Shown in pieces: positions 9,348 to 19,415 of a stretch of 64,000 nucleotides of DNA (the first letter of the stretch is position 1; the number at the start of each line of letters is the position of its first letter). The DNA comes from a virus. The stretch spans positions 42,381 to 106,380 of IMG/VR virus record IMGVR_UViG_3300035703_000034; one strand, 5' to 3'. The notes below the pieces were generated by a model. That model saw nothing but the letters and a program-made list of their open reading frames with translations. It was not told the origin of the DNA and did not search any database. A program made the translations under genes and the position numbers.

Positions 9348-9824
9348 ATGACCCGCGCCGAGCTGCTCGCAGCGCTGAAGGAAGACAACGCCGACCTGGC
9401 CGTGAACGTGCCGATGCTGCGGCGCCGGCTGCGCGACTACGCGCAGTTCAACGAGATCTTCGAGCAGGTCATGACGGACGACGAGCTCGCCGACGCCATC
9501 GTCGACAGCATCGCCGACTTCAACGCGCTGCCGCCCTTCATGGGCGACTACGACGAGCGGAACTTCCCCGACCGCAAGCTGCTGCTCGACACGGCCACGT
9601 GCGAGGCGCTGCAGCGCCTGGTGCTGTGGCACGCCCAGAACCAGTTCTCCGCGAGCGACGCCGGCCTTCAGATCCCCATCCACGAGCAGTGGCAGGGGCT
9701 CATGCAAATCGAGCAGATGCTGCGCGCCCGCAGCGAGCAGCGCGCGTCGCGCCTCAAGGCCCAGCTCAACGTGCAGCGCGCCTGGGGCCCCGGCGTCAGC
9801 TCGCCGCTCTGGCGGGAGTTCTGA
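9348..9824 (+). CDS. Head-tail adaptor/neck protein (putative)
   Basis: Helical 158 aa; RRRLRD..N..F..xDDELADAI pattern; position. Confidence 0.55.
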   Translation: MTRAELLAALKEDNADLAVNVPMLRRRLRDYAQFNEIFEQVMTDDELADAIVDSIADFNALPPFMGDYDERNFPDRKLLLDTATCEALQRLVLWHAQNQFSASDAGLQIPIHEQWQGLMQIEQMLRARSEQRASRLKAQLNVQRAWGPGVSSPLWREF

Positions 9825-9825
9825 G

Positions 9826-10764
9826 ATGACCCTGTCGCTCGAGGTCGCCTGGGCCACGCCGCGCTGGGTGTCGCTGCGCTGGGAGTACACCGGGGCCGCG
9901 CCGCTGCAGGGGCCCGTGCGCGTTTACCGATCGAACAACGCCGTGACCGGCTTCGAGCCCGTCGGCGAGACCAGCCAGGTCGTCTGGATCGACCCTGTCG
10001 ATCGCCTGTCGCGCTTCAACAGCTGGTACTACCGCGTCGAGGCCACCACCGCCACGGGCGCCGCGCTCAGCTCGCCGGTGGCGACCCTGCAGGACCTGAC
10101 GGACCGCACGGTGCTGCGGCTGCAGAAGCGCGAGCGCTTCCAGCTCGCCAAGTACGACGGCAACGGCGTCTGGCTCTATCCCCGGCGCCGCACGGGCACG
10201 CCCTGCCCGCGCTGCGTGCCCCAGGGCCAGGCCGCCCTCGGCGAGCTGGGGCTGCAGTGCACCGTCTGCTTCAACACCGGCATCGAGGGCGGCTACTACC
10301 CGCCTGTGCCCATCTACTGGGCGCAGCAGACGCTCCACAGCGAGGGCAGCAACCTGCTCGAGAACCGCGTCAAGGACTCCAACAACGGCGGCAACGCCTG
10401 GACCAGCAACTGGACGCTCGTGCACCCGGAGGACCTCCTGCGCGATGCCAACCCGCCCAACAACATCTGGAAGGTGACGGGCCTGCAGGCCTCCGAGCGC
10501 CGCGGCAGCACCCTGCGCCAGATCTTCACGTTCAACGAGGTCGACCGCTCGCAGCCCTACTACCAGCTGCCCGTGCCCGACTTCACGTTCCCCGACCCGA
10601 CCGCGCTGTTCTTTCAGAGCTGGGACGGCCCGGACTGCGACGAGCGCTGGGCGCAGGCCATTCAAGCCTACCTGACCACGCTGCAACCCGCACCGCCACC
10701 ATCGCCGCCAGCCACGCCCCCCAGCACGCCGACGAAGGACCGTCAGTCGCGCGCTTACCGCTAG
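9826..10764 (+). CDS. Neck/head-closure protein with Fn3-like N-terminus and CxxC...CxxC Zn site
   Basis: VSLRW...VYRS...WYYRV Fn3 pattern; CPRC and CTVCFNTGIEGGY. Confidence 0.55.
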   Translation: MTLSLEVAWATPRWVSLRWEYTGAAPLQGPVRVYRSNNAVTGFEPVGETSQVVWIDPVDRLSRFNSWYYRVEATTATGAALSSPVATLQDLTDRTVLRLQKRERFQLAKYDGNGVWLYPRRRTGTPCPRCVPQGQAALGELGLQCTVCFNTGIEGGYYPPVPIYWAQQTLHSEGSNLLENRVKDSNNGGNAWTSNWTLVHPEDLLRDANPPNNIWKVTGLQASERRGSTLRQIFTFNEVDRSQPYYQLPVPDFTFPDPTALFFQSWDGPDCDERWAQAIQAYLTTLQPAPPPSPPATPPSTPTKDRQSRAYR

Positions 10765-11589
10765 TCAAGCGACCGGTGGGTCGCTGTCGAACGGTACGCC
10801 GTCCCCGGGGGCGGTCATCGACAGCGTCTCGCCGGCAGGCGGCTCGGGCAGCGGCCGCAGCACCGGCCTGTCGGGCAAGGACTGCGACACGGGGTCGCCC
10901 GCCTGCTCGGGCCAGACGATCTCCCGCGTGGTGTCGTCCGCCAGCAGCAAATTGGGCGTGGCGACCTCGCGCGCGAAGACGAGCTGCACGTTCTCCAGCA
11001 CCGTCGGGTTGGTCGCGCTCAGGCTGCGCGCGTGGCTCTGCAGCAGGCACTTCTCCCAGTACCACGACGCGATGTAGGCCCCGACCTCGTTGAACGACAC
11101 GAGGTACAGCCCGAACGGCACCTCGATGAGCTCGCTGGCCGTCGTCGCCTGCAGCGGCGTGCCGCGCTGGCTGGTCGGCAGCAGCGGCGCGACGTTGTAG
11201 CCCCCGCCGGTGTGGTACTCCAGCAGCCAGCGGTACAGCATCCCCAGCATGTTGCCCTGCGAACCGACCACGCGCTGCAGGGTCACGGCGTGCTGCATGC
11301 GCCCCGGGAAGTGCCGGGGCGTCGCCGCGCCGAACTCGTTGACCGTCGTCATGCTGCGCTGGCTGCTCTGCTCCACGGCCTGCAGCATGCCGATGGGCGT
11401 CAGCTGCTCGCGGTACGCGACGGCCAGCCGTGCGAGCGGCGGACCGGAGACCAGCAGCGTGTGGGACGGGCTGACCAGATCGCCCGGCAGCTCGTCCGCG
11501 AAGACGGGCTGCTCGAAGGCGTTGTAGGTCTGGCTCCGGACCGATCGGTACGCCGCGTGGCGCAGCGCGTCAAGCGAGAGCGTCGGCAT
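10765..11589 (-). CDS. Tail tube-like protein (paralog of 11604-12356)
   Basis: Shares SGPP, PIG, LQRV, YxWL, PFG and YxExCxL motifs with the adjacent tube gene. Confidence 0.65.
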   Translation of the reverse strand: MPTLSLDALRHAAYRSVRSQTYNAFEQPVFADELPGDLVSPSHTLLVSGPPLARLAVAYREQLTPIGMLQAVEQSSQRSMTTVNEFGAATPRHFPGRMQHAVTLQRVVGSQGNMLGMLYRWLLEYHTGGGYNVAPLLPTSQRGTPLQATTASELIEVPFGLYLVSFNEVGAYIASWYWEKCLLQSHARSLSATNPTVLENVQLVFAREVATPNLLLADDTTREIVWPEQAGDPVSQSLPDRPVLRPLPEPPAGETLSMTAPGDGVPFDSDPPVA

Positions 11590-11603
11590 CGATCACGGGG
11601 CGC

Positions 11604-12356
11604 TCAGGCCGTCGGGAAGGTGATCGACTTGGGATCCATCTTGCCGTCGCCCGTGGCAAACGCCAGGTTGATGGCGGGTGCGGGCACCTTGCGCACGGCG
11701 TAGATGCTGACGGACTCCTGGATGATGGGCTGGCCCGCCCCCACCGACTTGCCCGCGTTCAGCAGCTGGCAGCGCTCGTAGTACTCACGGCTGACCAGCT
11801 TGCCGCCGGCCGTGAAGGTGGCGAGCAGGATGCCGAACGGCAGGCGGAACACGTCCGACTCGAAGGTCGTGAAGTGCCCCCCGCTGACGGCCATGTCGGC
11901 CGCCCCCGTGGCGTTGCTGGCGGCGCCGCCCGGCTCGTTGGGCAGCAGCCGGACATCCACGGTCTCGTTGTTCAGCAGCTTGGGCAGCCAGGCGTAGCAG
12001 GCGTAGCGCAGGTTGCTGTGGTACGAGAGCACGCGCTGCAGCGACAGCTGGTACTGGGCCTGGGAGGCGGCCGTCCGCTTGAGGCGGCTGCCGATCTCCG
12101 AGAAGGGCGTGATGCCGTTGGTCTCGCTCTCGTTGAAGCCCTGCACCGCGCCGATGGGCACGAGGGTGCTGCCGATGTCCGTCGCCTTCGCCAGCACCGG
12201 CGGGCCCGAGAAGATGATCGTCGCGTCGGCACTCGCGACGTTGTTCGGGTCGTCCTCGAACTGGACCAGGTGGTTGAAGAAGTCCAGGTCGTCCGTACCC
12301 TTGGTCGTGTCGTAGAGCGCGTTCAGGGTTTCGAGCAGCTCGCTGATGTTTGCCAT
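11604..12356 (-). CDS. Tail tube protein
   Basis: Directly downstream of sheath; PIGAVQ...EIGS...YYERCQL...IIQESVSI pattern. Confidence 0.7.
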   Translation of the reverse strand: MANISELLETLNALYDTTKGTDDLDFFNHLVQFEDDPNNVASADATIIFSGPPVLAKATDIGSTLVPIGAVQGFNESETNGITPFSEIGSRLKRTAASQAQYQLSLQRVLSYHSNLRYACYAWLPKLLNNETVDVRLLPNEPGGAASNATGAADMAVSGGHFTTFESDVFRLPFGILLATFTAGGKLVSREYYERCQLLNAGKSVGAGQPIIQESVSIYAVRKVPAPAINLAFATGDGKMDPKSITFPTA

Positions 12357-12369
12357 GGGGGGCTCTCCT

Positions 12370-14295
12370 TTACTGGGTCAGGACGACGCGGGCGCGGATG
12401 CGGTTGAGCGGCAACGGGATGTCGATTTCGGTCACGATGTCGAGCACGTCCCGCTGGAACTCGTTTTGCGCCAGCGAGACCAGCGTGCCGCTGAGGATGG
12501 GCGCCCCGATCTGCGGGAACACCCGGTTCAGCAGGAACTGGTGGTAGCCCTCGATGACGTTGGCGATCGCCGCCGTCGTGGCCGCGTACAGGTTGTACGG
12601 CCCGATGAAGCTCGCCAGGCGGTCCTTCAACCCGATCGAGTAGTAGTCCCAGGTCTTCGTGACCGACAGCTCCTTGAACCGCGTGTCCGTCGTGTCCGTC
12701 GTCGTCTGGTAGTACGCCCGCGGCAGGGCCGTCGGCGACTGCTTCTCGACCACGAACCCGCCGCTGCCCGCGATCAGGCCGAGCTGCTCCTCGGTGAAGT
12801 AGGTGTTCGCGTAGCGCACGCCCGCCACGCCGAGCACGCCCAGGTTGGTGAAGCCCTGGTGCGGCTGGTTGCCCGCGCTCATGCCGGCCAGCGCGGCCGC
12901 CAGGTAGTAGCCCGGCACCACCGTGTCGACGCCCTGGACGTTGACGACGATTTCGCCGTTGGTGACGTACACGATGCGGCGCGAGCCGAACGAGTCCGCC
13001 GCGCTCGCGATCGCCTCGGCCTGCCCCTGCTTGTCGAGCACGCGGAAGACCATCAGGTCCACCGCCTCCGCCGCGAAGTCGACCGTCACGGTGGCCGCCT
13101 GCGCGTAGCTGCCCTCCTCACCCTCGAACTTGGCGTTGACCAGCTTCAGCGCGCCGTTGTTGAGCACCTCCGACACGCGGTAGATGCCGGCGCGATCCTC
13201 CGGGTTGGCCGTCACCGGCGCCTCCGCCCGGGCCGTCACCTGGACGTAGTCGCCGACGCGCACGGCCGTCACGAACTCCGCCACCGGGTGCAGCACCCGC
13301 AGCACGCCGGCCGCCCGCACGAGCTGCCCGTTGGCGAGCGGCTCGACGACGACCTTCTCGCGCGGGTGCGGCAGGTTGACGAAGCCGATGCGGAACTTGC
13401 TCTTCTCCGGCACCGACATCTGCTGCACGTGCGCCTTGAGGAAGCTCTGCACCGTGACGTCCTGCGTGAGCAGGCAGATGGCGTAGACCCGCTCGTTGGT
13501 CAGCGCGTCCAGCGCGGCGAGCCAGGCGGCCGGGCTGTCCTCCTCGACGCCCACGCACATCACCGAGGTGATGGTGTTGGAGAGCGCGAGCTGGGCCGCG
13601 AGCGCCAGCGGGTTGTCGACCGAGGCTGGCCCGAGCTTGGCCTCGAAGTCGGCGAGCCGGACCTCCGTGACGGCGTTGACCGTCAGCTGGCGCACGGCCT
13701 TGTAGCTGACGCGCACGACGGCCGTCAGCACCGCCTTGCCGTCAACCTCGAGCTCCGCGGCGAGCGTGACGCTCTCGTCCGTCGCCTCAAGGGAGGCGGC
13801 GGCGACGACCTGCGGGGCCGTCAGGTAGCGCTTGATGACAAAGGTGGCGCTGGCGAACGTCAGCTCGCGGTCGAGCTTCAGCGTGTAGTCGCCCGTCACG
13901 GCGAGGATCTTGGCCGTGTAGTCGACGCCGGCCGCCGTGAGGATGACGACGTCGCCCGCCGCGACGCCGCTGGCCGCGAAGGTGGTGCCGCCGGGGATCG
14001 TCAGCGTGTCGCTGGAAAGCGCGCACGTGACGGCGCCGCCGTCGCGCACCTGCAGGACCGCGTCGTCGAGCCGCACGACGAGCGAATCGGGCTCGACTTT
14101 CGCGCCGAGCTCCAACTCGGGGTAGGCAAATGTTAGACTGGTTCCGGAGTAGTTCCCGGGGCTCTTCTCCTGAATCACTTGCTTGTTCAGGCCAACCAGC
14201 ACCGTGGGCAGCACCGGCGCAAACTGCGTCGTGCTGATCGCGGCGAGTTCCTGCTGAATCTCAACGCCGGGGCGCGTCATGGTTCTGATCGCCAT
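12370..14295 (-). CDS. Contractile tail sheath protein
   Basis: N-terminal RPGVEIQQE; C-terminal PLPLNRIRARVVL; ELSVTKTWDY; GGAGGAG SD before ATG 14295. Confidence 0.85.
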   Translation of the reverse strand: MAIRTMTRPGVEIQQELAAISTTQFAPVLPTVLVGLNKQVIQEKSPGNYSGTSLTFAYPELELGAKVEPDSLVVRLDDAVLQVRDGGAVTCALSSDTLTIPGGTTFAASGVAAGDVVILTAAGVDYTAKILAVTGDYTLKLDRELTFASATFVIKRYLTAPQVVAAASLEATDESVTLAAELEVDGKAVLTAVVRVSYKAVRQLTVNAVTEVRLADFEAKLGPASVDNPLALAAQLALSNTITSVMCVGVEEDSPAAWLAALDALTNERVYAICLLTQDVTVQSFLKAHVQQMSVPEKSKFRIGFVNLPHPREKVVVEPLANGQLVRAAGVLRVLHPVAEFVTAVRVGDYVQVTARAEAPVTANPEDRAGIYRVSEVLNNGALKLVNAKFEGEEGSYAQAATVTVDFAAEAVDLMVFRVLDKQGQAEAIASAADSFGSRRIVYVTNGEIVVNVQGVDTVVPGYYLAAALAGMSAGNQPHQGFTNLGVLGVAGVRYANTYFTEEQLGLIAGSGGFVVEKQSPTALPRAYYQTTTDTTDTRFKELSVTKTWDYYSIGLKDRLASFIGPYNLYAATTAAIANVIEGYHQFLLNRVFPQIGAPILSGTLVSLAQNEFQRDVLDIVTEIDIPLPLNRIRARVVLTQ

Positions 14296-14333
14296 CGCGG
14301 GCTCCTCCAAGGACTGGACTGCTTCCTAAGAGG

Positions 14334-14356
14334 ATTATCAGCAGCCGATGGAAAAA
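14334..14356 (-). promoter_or_regulatory. Candidate phage late promoter TTTTTC-N8-GCTGATAAT
   Basis: Upstream of sheath-tube operon. Confidence 0.55.
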
Positions 14357-14737
14357 CCGCCCAAACCGGAACCGGCCTGCGCGCGGATCGACGCGGTGGT
14401 GCACCAGACCCTCAAGGACTGCCTCGCCCAGCACGGCGGCGCGCCGGCCGAGCTGTGCATGGCGATCGACGTATCATTGAAGTGGTTGTCCGAGCAGGGC
14501 GCGCCGTGCCGCGCGTTCGAGGTGCGGCTGGCGCAGGGCGGCGTCGGCTTCCGGTGCCTGGAGGCGGGCGAGGCCGCCCACCCCGAGGGGCTCTGGAAGC
14601 TGCTGCTGCTCGCCAGCGCGCCGCGCACGGGCCCGGACGGCGCCCCGCTGCTGGTGCCGACCACGTTGAACTGGTCCTCGGACACGCAGCGCTTGACGGT
14701 GGAGTACGCCCGCGCCGATGAAACACCTGACGCGTAA
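14348..14737 (+). CDS. Hypothetical protein
   Basis: ORF divergent from sheath, overlapping sigma start. Confidence 0.5.
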   Translation: MEKPPKPEPACARIDAVVHQTLKDCLAQHGGAPAELCMAIDVSLKWLSEQGAPCRAFEVRLAQGGVGFRCLEAGEAAHPEGLWKLLLLASAPRTGPDGAPLLVPTTLNWSSDTQRLTVEYARADETPDA

Positions 14738-15611
14738 AGAAGAGCTCGAGCTGATCATCGCGGCGCAGGCCGGCGACCGCCAGGCCCTGGCGACGCTCGT
14801 GCTCGCCCACCGCCCCTTCGTGCAGTACCTCATGCGCCAGATCACCTTCCCGGAGTGGATGGACCCCGAGGACATCCTGCAAGAAGGCTGCATCGGGCTG
14901 ATGGACGCCGTCCGGACCTTCAACACGCAGTCCGGCAACCGCCTGCTCACCCACGCCTACTGGAAGATCAAGAAGGCGCTCACCAACCACATGAACAAGA
15001 TGGGCTACATGGTGACGATCCCGTTCCTCAAGCTGCTAGACCTGAAGAAGTACATGAACAAGCTCGAGCAGACGCCGCAGCTGGTGACGGACGAGGAAAA
15101 GAAGAAGTACAGCACCTTCAAGAACGTCCAGCTGCTGTCCTTGTCGATCGGCATGTGCTCCTTCGAGGAGCCGAGCTTCCGGCAGTTCAACAACCACCGC
15201 GCCGCCGAGGAGTCCGACGACGGCACCGGCGCGTACGTCGCCAACGACGTCAGCCTCGTCAGCCGCTCGACCGAGGAGGTCGTCCTCGGCGAGGCCGTCT
15301 ACGCCGACCTGCTGCAGGTCATCTCCAGCCTCAACGCGCTGGAGGGCGTGCTGCTGTCACAGTACTTGGGGGTGTACGGCGACGACCGGAAGCACTCGTT
15401 GAAGGCACTGGTCGGACAGAAAGCAGACTTCGACCCGTCGGGGAACCTGGTGACCGGCAGCAACGGGTACGGCATCCAGGTGGGCAAGTCATATAATACC
15501 ATTAGCAAGCTGGTTCACGGCGCCCTGCATCTTGTGCGGCATCAGGTTGCACAGCATCTGGACGACGTGTTGCCCGAGATGGGAATTAGGCACCATGACC
15601 ACACCGCCTGA
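14718..15611 (+). CDS. Phage-encoded sigma70-family RNA polymerase sigma factor
   Basis: LTRKEELELIIAAQAGDRQALATLV (region 1.2/2.1); EDILQEGCIGLMDAVRTFN...THAYWKI (region 2.2-2.4). Confidence 0.85.
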   Translation: MKHLTRKEELELIIAAQAGDRQALATLVLAHRPFVQYLMRQITFPEWMDPEDILQEGCIGLMDAVRTFNTQSGNRLLTHAYWKIKKALTNHMNKMGYMVTIPFLKLLDLKKYMNKLEQTPQLVTDEEKKKYSTFKNVQLLSLSIGMCSFEEPSFRQFNNHRAAEESDDGTGAYVANDVSLVSRSTEEVVLGEAVYADLLQVISSLNALEGVLLSQYLGVYGDDRKHSLKALVGQKADFDPSGNLVTGSNGYGIQVGKSYNTISKLVHGALHLVRHQVAQHLDDVLPEMGIRHHDHTA

Positions 15612-16086
15612 CGCGCTGGCACCGCGCGAGCCGATCCTCCCGCCGTACCAGGGGCGCGTCGAGATCAAGGGGATCTGGGACGAGCCGGGTCACCCGCGGC
15701 ACGGCGAGGTGGTGAGCTACTACGCGGCCAACACCATCACCTTCGACGCGCGCGGGCTGATGGCGCGGGCCCTGGCGGGCGACGCGGCGGGGCACATCGT
15801 GGCGGTGGCCTGGGGCACGGACGGCACGGCCGCCCAACGCTCCGACACGGGCTGCAAGGCGCAGGTCGCGAGCTCCGCCATCGTGCAGCCCATCACCTAC
15901 CCGCGCCCGGAGTCGGTGATGTTCACCAGCGTGCTCGCGCGCGGCGAGGGCACGGGCTACACCTACAAGGAAGTCGCGCTGATGGCCGACGACGACAAGT
16001 GCTTCGCGCGCTTCGTGTTCCCCAACGGTCAGTACAAGTTTGCCCAGCTGCGCATGAGCGTCAACTGGGAAATCATCTTCATCTGA
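15595..16086 (+). CDS. Tail/baseplate-associated structural protein
   Basis: NTIT...LMARALAG...AWGT...SDT...KEVAL...FAR pattern seen in fibre-attachment proteins. Confidence 0.55.
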   Translation: MTTPPDALAPREPILPPYQGRVEIKGIWDEPGHPRHGEVVSYYAANTITFDARGLMARALAGDAAGHIVAVAWGTDGTAAQRSDTGCKAQVASSAIVQPITYPRPESVMFTSVLARGEGTGYTYKEVALMADDDKCFARFVFPNGQYKFAQLRMSVNWEIIFI

Positions 16087-16096
16087 GGCGCGTCGC

Positions 16097-19000
16097 ATGC
16101 AGTATGGCAGCTACGGGGTCTATCAAGGCGGCGACGTCGTCAAGGCGGTCGACGGCAGCCACCTGCTCGTCGCCCCCTTGATCGTCAAGGCGAGCGACGG
16201 CCGCAACCTGGGCTTCGGCGCGCCGGCCCGTCGCATCATCACGCTCTTCGACGCCACGGTGCCGAGCTTCACGTTCGACGCGCTGCGCGTCAGCGACTTC
16301 GACGCCCCCGACTACACGCTGCGCATCGGCGCGACGGCCGGGGCGGCCTACGTGGTCTTCGACACCCACCACATCCAGGACGTGCGCGTCGTGCCGACGC
16401 CGACCACCGAGATGGTGGTGCTGGCCGAGGTTTCCTGGCCCGACGGGGCAAGCGACCTTGACGACCTGGTGCTCGACGTCGGGCCGCGCCAGGAGAGCCG
16501 CGTGCTCGAGACGGGCCACCCGCTGCAGGCGCGCGACCTGTACACGGCCGGGATGCCGTTCACGGACACGGCCTTCAACGCGCCGCTCATCGGGTTCGCG
16601 TTGCTCTCGGAGGTGCTGCAAGGCGAGGCGCTCGCGAAGAACTCGGACACCTTCAGCTTCGTGGTGATCGACGAGAGCGCGCTCGTGCGCAGCGAGACGC
16701 AGCTGACCGTCCAGCCCTTCCGCATGCTGCTGCGCCGCATGATCGACGGGCAACCCGTTTACCGGGCCGTGCACACCAAGACGCCCTTCGTCTTCGACTA
16801 CGACGTGACCACCTTGCCGGGCGAACGCATCTACGTGTGGGCCAGCCCCGACAACGGCGAGGTCTACTCGGGCATCACCTACGACCCGGAGAACGGCGTG
16901 CTGGTCGCCTACGGCAACGTGACCACGGGCATGACCAGCCTCGCGCAGGTCAAGTTCATCTTAAGCTCGGAGATCGCGGAGTCCAACGCCCAGTCGGGTG
17001 CGACGATCGCCGTGCAGGCCGCGGCGCTGCCCTCGGGCTTCGTGCAGCCCGTGGCGTTCACCCGCTCGACGACCGTTTATCGCACGGCCACCAGCGCCGA
17101 GGCCATCGCCTTGATCAAGGGGATGGAGTTCCTGATGCCCCAGACGACGCACGTCTTCCCGGCCGCGCCCGAGACGGGCACGCGCCTGGACCTGCTGTTC
17201 GCCGAGTTCTACCGCGAGGTCGAGTCGGCCCCGCCGCTCAACCGCTCCTTCTACCTGCAGGTGCCCGGCGTCGGCTACGTCGTCACCAAGGTGCGCTTCA
17301 AAATCGTCACGGGCGTGGCGTACGCGCCCCCCGAAACGATCCTGCTCCAGTCGCTCGTCACGAACGACGCGGGCTTCGCCTACACGCGTCACGCGGGCGG
17401 CCACTTCGAGGCTCCCGACGTCCGCGCCTACGACGGCTACACCTTCGCGCTCCCGCTCGCGCTGGTCTCGCGCTTCAACCAGGCGCCCTTCTCGCTGGAG
17501 AACCTGGCGGGCGGCGGGCTCGACGCCGAGAACCAGCCGACCCGACCGGACGGCAAGTCGCACGTGCTCTTCCACCTGGACGAGTGGGAGACGCTAGCAC
17601 CGCTGACAAACCTGCCGGCGCGCGACCCCGCCCAGCTCTTCGGGCGCGCCTTGGCCGCGACGTTGCGCGGCGAGAACGCCAACCAGATGGCGCCCAGCCA
17701 GCTGCTGCCCGCGTTCTACAGCAAGGCGCCGCTGCAGCAGGACGTGATTGCCCCGCTCAACGCGTCGGATCTGGGGCTGTTCACGCGCCTGTCCGCGCCC
17801 GACGGCGTGCGGCGCGAGTGGAGCGCCAACCCGCAACCCTACTGGCTCGGCACGCACTTCGTGGCGGATGCCGACGCCGTCTCGGCTCTGCACACCTACG
17901 AGGAGGGCACGCGTACGCTGACCATCAGCGCGCCGCAAGGGGCGTTGCTCGAGGTCGGCGGCTTCGGCGGCAACCAGCCTGTCGTCGCGCTGCGCTGGGT
18001 GGAGAGCGGCCGCGTCGTCGTGCTGCAGGCCCCCTGGGTGATCGGCAACGACGGCCAGTCCGCCACGGCCATCCTGGATCGCGGCGACGCGCACTACAAC
18101 CCGAGCGGCACCGTCGGCCTGTCGTTCGCCGTGCGCCAGCAGCGCACGGGCTTCATGACCCGGATGCCCCGGGCCATCCTGCGCGCGCTCTACAACGGCG
18201 CGCCGATGACGCTCGCGGAGGTCGTGGCCCCCGGGCGCACGCCCGTCTTGCCCCCGCCGCCCGCTCCGTACCACGTCACGCCCGTCGGCAACCCGCTCAA
18301 GGGCGACGCGCGCACCGTGCGCGTGCCGGTCGTGGCCGACGGCTCCAACCAGGTGCGCGTGCCCGTGACGCACGCCGAGCACGCCGTGCTCGGGCCCGTG
18401 CGCGCCCGCGTCGTCGGCGGCGCGGAGCTGACCATCAAGCATGTCGAGTACGAGGACTTCGCAGACCCCGCCGCCCAGCTGCGCGTCTGGCTCTCCGCGC
18501 CCGTGCTCGCGGGCGAGACGGTCGAGCTCGACCTCGCCCTCGGCGGCGTCATCGCGAACGTCGTGCCCCAGCACGCCGCGCTCGGCGACGTCGCCCGGGC
18601 CCGCTTCGTCCCGTTCACCGTCCAGGGCGAGACCGCCGCCGTGCGCCTGGCGCTGCCGTACAACACCGTGCTGCGCGGCAGCTTCAGCTACCAGCGCGAC
18701 GCGGCGGCGCCCGCCACCCACGGCGTCTACCTCGACGGCTGGCTCTACCCCGTCAGCCTCGCGGGCTTCGACCGCAACGTGATCGACCTGAACTTCCTGC
18801 TCTCGCCCGAGGTGTTCAACACCCTGCCGGAAGCCCAGCAGGCCAAGTGGGAGTCCGACCCCGAGAACGCCGCCGGCTACCGGCTGAAAGCCGGCACCTA
18901 CGCGCTGCAGCTGCCGGCGCTGCTCAGCCACGCGCTCGCCGCGAGCGACGTCGTCCAGGTGCTGTACCGCTACCAGAACGCGCCCTACCTGCCTGTTTCG

Positions 19001-19411
19001 CCGGATGCCAGCTTCAGCTTGCTGCACCGCGGTCAGCTGCTCGCGACCAACTCCAGTCTCGCCAACGTGAGCACCTACTTCGCGGCGCCCGTGTGTGAGC
19101 GGCTGCCGCGCGTCCGGGGCCTCGTGAAGGGGGCCGAGGCCGCGCAGGTCGAGACCACGCTGCAGGACCCCCTGCGCGTCAACCCGCTCGGTCAGCTGCC
19201 GATCGACGGCACGTCGTTCGAGCTGAACGGGGCGCTGGACTTCGACCTCGGCGTGGTCGACCCCGACGCGGGCGTCGTCGCCTGGTTCGCGCTGGTGGCC
19301 GAGCGCCGCTACGTGAAGCTGTTCTGCTACGTCACCGAGAACGAGTCGTTCACGCTCGACACCCCCAGTCGCGCCTTCTTGACCTACTGCGACGCCCACT
19401 ACCTGGTCTAG
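16097..19411 (+). CDS. Large baseplate wedge/tail structural protein (putative)
   Basis: 1104 aa beta-rich protein; RLDLLFAEFYRE and RPDG motifs; context. Confidence 0.55.
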   Translation: MQYGSYGVYQGGDVVKAVDGSHLLVAPLIVKASDGRNLGFGAPARRIITLFDATVPSFTFDALRVSDFDAPDYTLRIGATAGAAYVVFDTHHIQDVRVVPTPTTEMVVLAEVSWPDGASDLDDLVLDVGPRQESRVLETGHPLQARDLYTAGMPFTDTAFNAPLIGFALLSEVLQGEALAKNSDTFSFVVIDESALVRSETQLTVQPFRMLLRRMIDGQPVYRAVHTKTPFVFDYDVTTLPGERIYVWASPDNGEVYSGITYDPENGVLVAYGNVTTGMTSLAQVKFILSSEIAESNAQSGATIAVQAAALPSGFVQPVAFTRSTTVYRTATSAEAIALIKGMEFLMPQTTHVFPAAPETGTRLDLLFAEFYREVESAPPLNRSFYLQVPGVGYVVTKVRFKIVTGVAYAPPETILLQSLVTNDAGFAYTRHAGGHFEAPDVRAYDGYTFALPLALVSRFNQAPFSLENLAGGGLDAENQPTRPDGKSHVLFHLDEWETLAPLTNLPARDPAQLFGRALAATLRGENANQMAPSQLLPAFYSKAPLQQDVIAPLNASDLGLFTRLSAPDGVRREWSANPQPYWLGTHFVADADAVSALHTYEEGTRTLTISAPQGALLEVGGFGGNQPVVALRWVESGRVVVLQAPWVIGNDGQSATAILDRGDAHYNPSGTVGLSFAVRQQRTGFMTRMPRAILRALYNGAPMTLAEVVAPGRTPVLPPPPAPYHVTPVGNPLKGDARTVRVPVVADGSNQVRVPVTHAEHAVLGPVRARVVGGAELTIKHVEYEDFADPAAQLRVWLSAPVLAGETVELDLALGGVIANVVPQHAALGDVARARFVPFTVQGETAAVRLALPYNTVLRGSFSYQRDAAAPATHGVYLDGWLYPVSLAGFDRNVIDLNFLLSPEVFNTLPEAQQAKWESDPENAAGYRLKAGTYALQLPALLSHALAASDVVQVLYRYQNAPYLPVSPDASFSLLHRGQLLATNSSLANVSTYFAAPVCERLPRVRGLVKGAEAAQVETTLQDPLRVNPLGQLPIDGTSFELNGALDFDLGVVDPDAGVVAWFALVAERRYVKLFCYVTENESFTLDTPSRAFLTYCDAHYLV

Positions 19412-19415
19412 CCCC